From assembly GCF_009914755.1 (NCBI RefSeq), contig NC_060936.1: a stretch of DNA of 64,000 nt. One strand, 5' to 3'. Each line of letters opens with the position of its first letter. The first letter of the stretch is position 1. Source of the DNA: the human T2T-CHM13v2.0 reference genome, Homo sapiens. The notes beneath the pieces are model-generated. The model searched no databases. It was not told where the DNA came from and saw only the letters and a program-made list of their open reading frames with translations. Of this stretch, positions 54,554 to 64,000 are shown piece after piece. The translations under genes were made by a program, and so were the position numbers.

Positions 54554-56917
54554 TGTAAAACCCAAGGTCATCAGGCCCATAAGTAGCATTTCCACCACAG
54601 GGCTCTCTATCAGCTCCATGGGTGATTCAATCAAGTGTTCTCAATGGGAATTATCCAAATACATAAAAAGCACCCAATGTTAATTTGCCAGCAAAATGCA
54701 GATGTCCCACCTTTCAGTATAAATCTTTCCTCTTATCAAACTCCTGGGGAGAAAATTAAGTCTACATATTAAGTTACCTTTCAAGTTAATGTCCAAAGAC
54801 CAAAATAATCAAAACCCAGAATCAAATTCTCTCACTGTAATAAGGTAAAAGTTTAATAAAATTAAAGCCCTTCCCAGTTTCTTATTGGATTCACTCACAG
54901 GCAGAAATGTTCTTAATGCCTCTCAGGATTCCTTCAGCAGCTGCAGCCTGGCTGTCTCTTTTTGGATATGGATACAACACATTCATTTGGCACTTCAGAA
55001 GTTAAATTAGTTCAATAACTCTATGGTGTGCCTCAACTTACAAAAGGTCTGGAGAGTCAATAAAACACCCAAGGTAATTACAATACTTGCCTTATACCCA
55101 CCAAATTTAAAAGGCAGTTATCCTGTACAAAATTATGCTCCCAAAACTCAGTAGTATTTATTGCCAAAGACTACATGTAGCAGAAACTCTATAGCAGGAA
55201 CTCATGAATCAGTAGGAAGGAAGATAACCGGTGATGGCTTTAGCCTTATCAGAATGCCAGTCACATGAGCTGCACACTTAAACTAAGTTGGAAGAAATTT
55301 GTCAGCAACAAGTTAAACTTTTCACCATGCATTTAGCATGGTACTCTATCTTCTCTTTCAGAAAGTGACATCTGAAACACTGATGCTATCTTACCAAGCA
55401 TAGAATTTGGAGTGGTCCAGTCCCAATCACCAAGTCAAAGGAGACCTGATCTTTTCCCAGTATGTTCAAATATCTTCAGATTCAAAATTTTCTCTTTTAC
55501 ACAGCATTTCAATGACTCTCAGAACAATTTAGACCTTGAGCTTTTCTAGAACTTTATATTGCAACCAAGGCACATGTCTTTAAAAGTAGCAAATACTGAT
55601 ACAGTCATTAACATCTAGCATAGCTATGAATATTTCTTCTTATATCATTAAATCCTTGCCACGAATAAAATTGTTTTCTGGTGTCGAGTTAGCAGCATCT
55701 GATGAGTGAGGCCTTTGCTGCTCACACATGCATATTTAATGTAGGCCAAGGTCAAGCTGCAGTAGCCTGCATGAGACCACTTGCACATGCCAGTGCCTTT
55801 GTTGATGCCAGCACCACTACAGTAGCTTGCTAAGCCTCACCTTGGGCTGGCATCTGGTGAGGACATCCATGAGGCCGGCATTTGGGTGAGCCCCACTTCC
55901 AGATTCTCTGTCTTTGCTGAAGCCAATATGTCTCCATCACCCTCACTCAAACTCTGCTTCATTGAGGCCTGCGCATATGTGCTTAAAGCCCAGTATTGCA
56001 CATTGTCTCTATAGAAATTACCAATTTCTCTGGACAAAGATATCCTAAACTTTTAGGTCAAAATCCCACGTGCCTTAAGTCTTAAAGCCTCTTGCCAAAA
56101 CTGCAACTAAAAGCCTACTTCACACTTACAAAGTCAAATTAATAGCCCTAATAGAAGCCTCTACAAACTACCAAGATCAAAGCTCCCTACGTATACATTA
56201 AGGTCTGAAACCAGAAACCATAAGCTATGGCCACAATTAAGCCTCTCTCTATGTTGTGCTCCTTCAAATTTTATTCCTCTTTTATTTCTTGATGTACTAA
56301 CCCATATAGCACAAATTTCTATATATATTTTCCAAAAATATCCATCCCCCTTCTAACATTTATCAATATAGCCTGTTCTTCACTTATAGTATTAGAATAG
56401 CAATTAAGAGTACATGCACTCTGCTGACAGCCCAGGTCCTCCTCCCAGACATCATTTATTACTTTACCTCCCCTGGGTGGAACAAGTGGGACAAGAAGTA
56501 AAGATACCATGAGTGTTTGGATGATGGTGTCTTCTCCACATGGAAGGAAACAATAGGGAACCGATAGGAACTATTACCTCCATCAATAATAATATATTCT
56601 AACTACTTATTAGATATTTAAATAATACCAAGCTTGCTTCCCTTTGTAACTTTCCTCATGCTCTTAGACTTCTAATCTTTTTAACCTCGAAGGCTTTCCT
56701 TAAATGCTATTGCACACATGAAACTTTCTCTGATTTCTTAAACCAAACAAAACCTCTTTCTTCTCTGAGGCCCTGGTCCAACATTTTTTAAGTGTGGCGA
56801 GGAGCAACCCAGCAGAATCACTGGGGTTGCCTGTTAAAACATCCATTACTAAGCCCATCTACAGTATCCAAATTCCTTAGTGTAGGGTCCTCAAACATGC
56901 CTCTTAAGAAGCCTATA

Positions 56918-57221
56918 GGCCAGGCACAGTGGCTCACACCTATAATCTCAGCACTTTGTACGGCCAAGGTTGAGCCATAAGGATCCCTGAGGCCAGTTCA
57001 AAACCAGCCCAGGCAAGGCTGAACTTGGCAAGACCTCATCTCTACAGAAAATGTTAGCCAGGTGTTGGCACGTACATGTAGTCCCAGCTACTCGTGAGGC
57101 TGAGCAGGATAACTTGAGCCCAGGAGTTTGAGGCTGCTGTGAGCCATGATCACACCACTGCACTGCAGCGTGGGCGGGAGACTGTCCACCACCAAGATAA
57201 TAAAAAAAAAAAAACGAAAAA
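56918..57221 (+). mobile_element. AluJ-like inserted in a MER5-like relic (~56775-57265)
   Basis: cttgagcccaggagtttgaggctgctgtgagccatgatc J-type segment; MER5-like flanks. Confidence 0.85.
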
Positions 57222-58145
57222 GGAAAAGCTTCCTGGGTGCTTCATTGATAACACTAAAATCTTAACCTTTTGCTTTATCTGATTGTCACTGATTACTTTT
57301 TCCCCCATTATACCATTACTTGGCATTTATTCCTCTACAAGAACTTTGGAATTTTAAAGAGTAACTCCTTAATATAAGTTTTGCATAAAGTAGCTTTTAA
57401 CAAAGTCGTTAAAATGAATATAATTTGACTTTCACTTGTCTCTCAAAAGGACTAGATCTCCTTCCATGTTTTGTCATGATTAAGTGTCTAGAAGTGAAAA
57501 TGCACAAAAATTGTAAAGCAATTTACTGAAATAATTTATCCTCCATCATGATGTGATGTGTCTTCACCAATGTAGCCAAATTTAGGCTTTCTGGGCTGCT
57601 TACTTTAAATGCAATATAGTGCAATGCAAATTTCTAAAGCATTGCTTTTCTATGCAATGAAGATTAAGTTCAGTGTTATCTAAGCACTTTCTACTGATCT
57701 TGAAATGCAGAATAAATTAGTAGACTGAAAGAGCTCCCTAAAATCTTAATGCAATTTCAGACTGTATTTGCTATCATTTATAAAATTTTATTATTCAATA
57801 TTTGGCAAGTATTATTGGTCAGCCCTTTTTGCTTACAATGACTATATATATATTTCAAGCCTTTCTCATTCTTCTGCAATTTGCAAAGCATGAGAAGCAG
57901 TTATCCCAGTGGCTTATCTCAGCTCACAAGGGTACCAACAAGGGAGACAGAGATAATGTTCTTAAAGTATAGGGTCCATAGGAACTGGAAAGCTTAATTC
58001 TTGCTGTGACACTGTGGGGTTTCCATCATTATTTAAAAGACCTTAGACTAACAAGCCATGTACACCCATTTAAGGGAATGTTTATAAATATCAGACTTTG
58101 AGTTCACTGCTTTGTGAAGGTCGCTTTGTTATATGGTGAGGGCAG

Positions 58146-58151
58146 TTTATT
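58146..58151 (-). terminator. Candidate distal polyadenylation signal AATAAA of CCDC59
   Basis: tttatt on + strand, ~465 nt past the stop codon. Confidence 0.45.
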
Positions 58152-58320
58152 TCAGCACCCATCACCCTGTAACATGTACTTAAAATAAATAAAAAGTCCA
58201 AGAGGAGTCTTTGCCTCCCTCATCATTAAAATAAATTTTAAAACAACGTAACTGTTTACTAAATTGAAATATTTCATTGAAATGCTTCATTGATAGCTCT
58301 GATTCCTTATTTTTAAAAAA

Positions 58321-58326
58321 TTTATT
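58321..58326 (-). terminator. Candidate proximal polyadenylation signal AATAAA of CCDC59
   Basis: tttatt on + strand, ~290 nt past the stop codon. Confidence 0.55.
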
Positions 58327-58614
58327 TCATATAAATCTCATATGGTACAAAAGTATTACATGCTTGGGCCTGTCTTGCAAAATAAGAGGTTCTTTCAGTT
58401 CTTCAGGCCAACCTTCCTTCAGAGGCAAATAAATAAGAAACATGTAGAACATATTTAGAAAATTTTTTACCATAATAAAAATATGTGAACATCTTATATT
58501 TAGCATAGTTTAGCAATCCAGTTTATGTCGACAAATTTAGTTCACTGCTGGGAGGCACATGTCACAGAAGAACCTAATAGGCAGCAGATATTTTAACCTG
58601 TAGGAACAAAATGT

Positions 58615-58776
58615 TTAACATTTTTCTTGTATTTTTTGAAGAAGGTACTCCATTTGTACATTCAAGTTTGGTTGGCCCTTTTTAGTCTTTTTGTTCAGTA
58701 TTTTAAACACTTCCATTTTCTTCTTTTTGTACTGCCTTTGGGCTTCTTCTCTCTCCTGTTTTCTCCTCTCGAATTC
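58615..58776 (-). CDS. CCDC59: CCDC59 coding exon 4 ([53 protein letters not shown])
   Basis: Acceptor TTAG| ending 58777; TAA at 58617-58615; total CDS 154+310+100+162=726 nt = 241 aa + stop. Confidence 0.97.
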   Translation of the reverse strand, partial: EFERRKQEREEAQRQYKKKKMEVFKILNKKTKKGQPNLNVQMEYLLQKIQEKC

Positions 58777-59608
58777 CTAAAATTATTAACATATGTAACT
58801 TTCATTAGCAACAAACAGTAGATACAGTTCAGAAATTGTCTTGAAATAGCTATTACTAAGCAAACACTCTAAGGTTTGTCTCTTCTATTTTGCAAGATGT
58901 GCACTGTTTCTCCTAATTGAAGCAAAGTACCCTCTTTGCCTTCATATTATAATGACCCATGGTATAACAGAGAATTTTCATGATCACAAAGCCCCAGCTC
59001 TATATAAACAAAATTTTAAAAGGACATTAAATGTTTTACAGCATAATGGTCATTACTGCACTTCATCTGATATACTATTTCCAAAGGTGACAGATGGTTG
59101 GAAAAAGCATAAAGCTGTGCTAGTTAATACTGGTCCAGTATTCCCATGAAGAAATTTTCCTGCTTTCTCCTAATCTGCCACCAGCTTAAGAACAATGAAA
59201 ACATTTTTGATGTTAAGAATTCTTAATTACAGATATTCTAAAGCAAAAACAAGCAAAATTACATATCTTTAGGGTATTTTTAACTGACACATTATACTTT
59301 TTAAAGCTACAGATCAATAAAACTTCAATGGAAAAACAAGAACTACCACAGTTACAACAAAATGACAATTTTGTTGAGGCTGTGGGTAATTCTGTATTCA
59401 TTTGAAAAAAGCCTAATTCTGGTCTACAATTCTGGTTTTCTAAATAATAGAGTGCTAACTTTTGCTAAGCTAAAATAATAGTTGTTTTTTTTTTTAAACA
59501 GGCAAGAACACCTCTTTATAGTAAAAAAGTATTTTATTCTAACACCTCCCCTTTGCTTTTACTTTCTTCAATGTAATGTTATGAAAATCATCTATATTTT
59601 TCTTAGGT

Positions 59609-59890
59609 CAGTGGTTCTCAAGTTTTATCATACATAAAAATCTTTTGAGGTGCTTGTTAACAAGTGCAAGTTCCTGGACCAAACTCAGTGAAACTTTGTC
59701 CCAGATGTTCACAATATTGACCTATAAACAATGTGTTCAAAATCCTATTTTTGACCTACTAGTATTGCTTGAGATAATACAAGCAAGGACTTGGAATAAG
59801 ATGCAATCCTCTACCTTTGCTCAGACTACTCATTCATTCAACAAATATTTACAGAGAGAATACTGTGTGCCCAGCACCAAGAAGCACAAC
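59609..59890. mobile_element. MER5A fragment (59609-59700) and L2 3' tip (59825-59890) in CCDC59 intron 3
   Basis: cagtggttctcaag...gcttgttaa; cattcattcaacaaatattta. Confidence 0.6.
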
Positions 59891-59957
59891 AGGTATAGTA
59901 TATATATTTAGGATAAATAAGAAAAACTATACTAAATATTTTCAAAGTAGAACTTAC

Positions 59958-60057
59958 TTGTTTCTTAGCAGCACGTTTGGCTTGTATCTGTTCATATTCT
60001 TCTTGTGCTTTTTGATTTGATGTTTTCTTTTTATTTTTCTTTGGAATTGTAAAGGAG
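59958..60057 (-). CDS. CCDC59: CCDC59 coding exon 3 ([34 protein letters not shown])
   Basis: Acceptor AAG| at 60060-60058 with pyrimidine tract and ACTAAT branch-like motif upstream; donor CAA|GTAAGT at 59957; 100 nt, restores phase 0. Confidence 0.96.
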
Positions 60058-60720
60058 CTTTTAATTGGGGGATGAGGAAACAGGACTTTATTAGTAAAAT
60101 GTCCAAAAAGGTATTAAAAACACAGTTGTAGCTTTTAAGAGTATATATTAAATAAAAGGCACAAATGGGGATTCTTAGAGAAATATTTCAACTAGGAAAA
60201 AATATAGAAAGCTATGAAAAATCCTAAAATGTTAAAAAAAAAAACTTTTAAAAGTAATGAAACCAGTATATGAATGATAGAAATGCCAGACTGAAAAAAG
60301 AATTAAACTTGTTGTTTAAGGATGTTAAGAAAATTATGTGTATATATGAACTTTAATCTCGAAGTTTTCTGAGCCCCTCCTCTCTATTCCATTTTACCTA
60401 CCTAGTCATGAATCACCATACCTTGGATCTAGATACCATTTTGAACTGTTCTATCTTTAACTACTTCTCACCTCTCTGAAGATGTCCTTTTTGTCAAGGC
60501 TAATCCAACTACTTGGAATTCCATTCATTTCCTCAGCATCCTTGATTCAGTAATAACTTTACTTTCCTCTATCATTCAACTTTTCACTATACTCTGTAAC
60601 TACAATATAATATTTTAATAGCTACTAATCACTAGCGACTTTGGACTAGTGACTAGTGACTGCCTAGTCCACAAATCCAGAGACCTGTCCTCAGTCCTAT
60701 TCACCTTCAACTTTATAGTA

Positions 60721-61198
60721 CAGTAGCACACCCCTTATCCATGGTTTCCCTGTTCCACGGTTTCAGTTACCTGCAGTCAACAGAGGTCCAAAAATATTAA
60801 ATTGAAAAATTCCAGAAATAAACAATTCATATGTTTTAAATTGTACACCACACTGAGTGTTTGCTTTAAGTGAAAAGGTAAAAGTTCTTGACTTAATAAG
60901 GAAGGAAAAAAAATCGTATGTTGAAGTTGCTAAGATCTATGGTTTTAAAAAAAATCTTCTATACATCAAATTGTGAAGGAAAAAGAAATTCATGCTAGTT
61001 TTGCTGTCATACTTCAAACTGCAAAAGTTATGGCCACAGTACGTGATTTAAGATGGAAAAGGCATTAAATTCCCAAGTAAAAGACATTAACAGAAATACA
61101 TTCCAATTGACAGAAACTGGGTTTGGTACCATTTGCAGTTTCAGGGCATCCACTGGGGGTCTTGGAACATCTTCCAAACAGATAACGGGGGACCACAA
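60721..61198. mobile_element. MER44/Tigger7-derived element in CCDC59 intron 2
   Basis: TA-flanked; cagtagcacaccccttatcc ... gataacgggggaccacaa termini; catccactgggggtcttggaaca. Confidence 0.85.
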
Positions 61199-61794
61199 TA
61201 TTTGATAGCTGACTAATCCCTCACAACTTTTCTCTGTGGACTGAGCTGTCACTGTATTTCTCTTTCTCCAGTCCTGAAAAGCTTAACTTCCTCAATGACA
61301 ATATTTTCCCTGTTTCCACCCCAAAATAAACCGTAATCTTTAAAAGCATGATTTTTTACCTTCCTTTCTCATGATTTAAACTTCCTTACTTCAATTATCA
61401 GAGAATAACTCAAATCTACATTTCTACTGCTAATCTTTTCCCTGAACTTTATACTGATTATTTAACAATATAATGATCAAGCCTACCAAAAGTAGTAAAC
61501 TTTTTGTGTCTCTGCCTTCATCCCCAATTACATTTTTACCCCCCGTGGTCCCATTTCCTGTTATTTTTAGCGCAAATAGCTCACGACTTTAAAAGATACG
61601 GTTTTAATGAAGTAAAAAATTATGCTCCCAAGTTAATACCCAGCTTCTTGCAATTTTAGATTTTAGCATTGTTTTTTAACTTTAAGTATGCAGCGATAGT
61701 TTTTTATAAGTTAACTCTTATAAAACCAAAGCGTCACGGAGCTGTGCATTTGCAATTGCAACCCATTTCTGGTCCTCTGCAGAAAATCCAGATT

Positions 61795-62110
61795 AATAGT
61801 AGTAGCTAACGCTCAAGAGCACTAACCACGTACCATATATACCCTTTAAGATCCTCATATACATTAACTCGCTGAGTCTTCACAACAATGTCATGAAACA
61901 CCTTAGGAACACCTGAGTTTATGTGAGTAATCCATTCTGGAGCTGTGCAACATGGCAGCTCTGAAGTATATATTCATTACAGTATTATCTTTCCCAATTT
62001 AAAGAGGACATAGTGTTATTTTTCCCATTTTAAAGAAGAGGTCACTGGGGCACTAACATGTTGAGTCTGGCTCTAGAACCCATACTGTTAATGACTAAAA
62101 TTATAACACC
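61795..62110 (-). mobile_element. MIR relic(s) in CCDC59 intron 2
   Basis: aatagtagtagctaac...cattaactc...cttcacaacaa; cccattttaaagaagagg. Confidence 0.5.
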
Positions 62111-62422
62111 TCTCAGAAGTTATTTTTCAAAAATATAGTCATAACATATGGTCCAATCAAGTTACCACCTGTACTTGAGAGGAAGAAACCCAAATTCCAG
62201 AGCTCTTAATTCCCATTACGTTACTTTGTCAATTAGGCTAAACCAGCCTAATTCAGTTATTGAAGCTAAAAATAGAGCCTCCATGAAAATGTTTCCCTAA
62301 TTAAACCGTGACTTCTAAAATGTGTTAAATAAGAAAAAATACAATTCCTATATAAATTATCCTATAGTACTTTTAAATAATAAAACAACACTTAAAGGAT
62401 TTCAAATGAAGAAAATACATAC

Positions 62423-62732
62423 TTTACTGTTTTAATACATTGTTCTTCTGGCTGAGGCTGGTCAAAGCTACACTGATCTTCAAATAAAGGCTCGTCAATG
62501 CTACACTGTTCTTCAAGCAACGGCTGGTGAACTTGTTCTGACAAAGGATGGTCGACTTTTCTTGCTTGCTTCCTATGTCTTTCCTCTTCAGCTAAATAGA
62601 GATGTTTCAGATTATCTGGGTATCGATCTGTGAATTGAGATTCCAGTGACGTTTGAGCCTTCTTTTCCTTCCGTAGCAATTTCTTGTAACTTTGCTGTAT
62701 TTTCAGTTTTCTTCGAAAAGCAAAGCCTTGTC
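62423..62732 (-). CDS. CCDC59: CCDC59 coding exon 2 ([25 protein letters not shown]...EEQCIKTV)
   Basis: Acceptor TAG| at 62735-62733; donor AA|GTATGT at 62422; 310 nt; phase matches exons 1 and 3; overlaps ORF-track 62392..62679. Confidence 0.97.
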
Positions 62733-63499
62733 CTACATTGAGGAATATCCAAAATTACTTTCAGAGAAAAGAAGTTGAACGAAGAATGGAGCTGTTAATT
62801 ACAAATGAAAACTTTTTTTACGTCATCACATTCAGATTCTAGTATTACATTTTGCTTTAAAAAATTATTTCAAGCAACAAATTTAAGCTGATGGATTGCA
62901 TAGTAAGTTGGCCCTTTGCAAAAAGACCAGGCTAACAGTCATGCGGAAATCCAAGTAAGAATCTCAAAGAAAAACTGACCAGTTCAGACTGTTGCACAAC
63001 TTGAGTTTACAGCTGTATTCACAAATCAAAACAAATTCCTTAGTTCATCTAAAACACTTAATCTGAGCCTTCAATAAATGCTTAAAAAATAGGAAAGAAA
63101 ATGCCACATCTAGTATCTTGGACAAACTACATGTTTTCGAAAATGTTTCAACACGAAAGAAAAAGACAGTGTATGGTTGTCTGAAAAGCTAGCAATTATC
63201 AGAAGACTGAATTTAACATTTATATATTCCAAGTGGGATCTAAGAGACCTTACAGACAGCAATACAAAATGACAAACACAAATTAAAGCGAAGGCTGGAG
63301 GGCCTCGGGTATTTGTAATAAGGAAGAATTCGGAGCAGTGTTTCTGGCCCTGTCCTCCTCTCTATCCTTTACCTTACCACATGCGCAAGAGTTCACAGGG
63401 TCATAGACTCTCTCTGCTCAGTTTCTCAGGAAAAATATAGGAAAAAAGTTCTGATGAAATACAGGGTTACGTCAGAAAAGACGTTTAAATAATAGCAAC

Positions 63500-64000
63500 A
63501 CTGCTCCGTCTTCCTATCTAGAGCTCTGCGAAGCTCACAGCTTTAGCGGGCTCAGGAATGAATTCCCTTGCCCCAAGTAGGACCGGGTCTGGTTCCTAAA
63601 TCCTTCTTCCAAGCTTCAGCGAATCTTATATCCTAGAACTTAGCAAGCCTGAGGATTTGCAAATGGTTGCCTTCTTACATACCCTCGCGAACGCTCCCCA
63701 CGAAGGCTTGCGGGTGGTTAGGCCGCCATGTCTTCTGTCTCACATTCTTATTCCTGTACCTGACAGTGGAAACCCCTTCACCACGCGCCTCAATACCACC
63801 AGGCCGCCACTTCGCGGACCGCCTCACCGGCGCCATTGCAGCCGACTAACTGCGTCATCAGAAGACCACGACGGACGCCCACAAAATACGTCACCAAGCC
63901 GAAGCAATCAATCGCTCAGAAGGAATCCGGCTCGGAGCTCTACTGAGCCTGCCTGTGCTAATTTGGGCCGAGCTGGCGCCTCACGGCCATGTTTGCGCCA
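63500..64000. promoter_or_regulatory. CpG-island promoter of CCDC59, probably bidirectional with METTL25 just beyond the window
   Basis: Sharp rise in GC and CpG; CRE/ATF-like TGCGTCA (63851) and TACGTCA (63887); YY1-like GCCAT motifs (~63725, ~63986). The METTL25 neighbour is recalled synteny, not seen here. Confidence 0.85.
63683..63836 (-). CDS. CCDC59: CCDC59 (TAP26) coding exon 1, [51 protein letters not shown]+G
   Basis: ATG at 63836-63834; 154 nt; donor G|GTATGT at 63682; translation matches the recalled human TAP26 N-terminus. Confidence 0.96.

Noticed and set aside
62392-62679. ORF-track 95-aa ORF as a standalone gene
   Set aside because: It is part of CCDC59 exon 2 read on into intron 2; splice sites define the real exon
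63667-63849. Plus-strand 60-aa ORF in the CpG island
   Set aside because: Non-ATG start, antisense shadow of CCDC59 exon 1, no recognisable product
63958-63990. Upstream ATG GCC GTG AGG CGC (MAVRR) resembling the CCDC59 start (MAPVRR) as a duplication
   Set aside because: Similarity covers only ~15 GC-rich nt; likely chance
63989-64000. Plus-strand ATG TTT GCG CCA as the METTL25 start
   Set aside because: Does not match the N-terminus I recall (MAASCP...), and only 12 nt are visible

Overview
Primate (human or great-ape) genomic DNA, AT-rich and dominated by repeats. The only protein-coding gene I can support is CCDC59 (TAP26) on the minus strand: four coding exons at 63836-63683, 62732-62423, 60057-59958 and 58776-58615, giving 241 aa with GT-AG introns. 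It starts in a CpG-rich promoter at the right edge. From memory of human 12q21, this promoter is shared head-to-head with METTL25, whose CDS is not in the window. The other ~58 kb is intergenic or intronic and records nested transposon history. (1) An old L1MC-type LINE (~8.6-21.3 kb) hosts a twin-primed L1PA3 with a probable short 3' transduction, an AluSg, and an L1PA6 that has lost ORF1 but keeps its antisense promoter/ORF0 region. (2) A very old class I ERV gag-pro-pol remnant (~48-56 kb, minus strand) is broken by MLT1, MER44, L1 and Alu insertions. (3) There are many Alu, MIR, L2, MaLR, MER5 and Tigger relics. I found no evidence of a wholly new biological system. The best leads are structural and regulatory details of the retroelements and of the CCDC59 promoter. 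Repeat subfamily names and reference sequences are recalled from memory and need RepeatMasker/Dfam confirmation.
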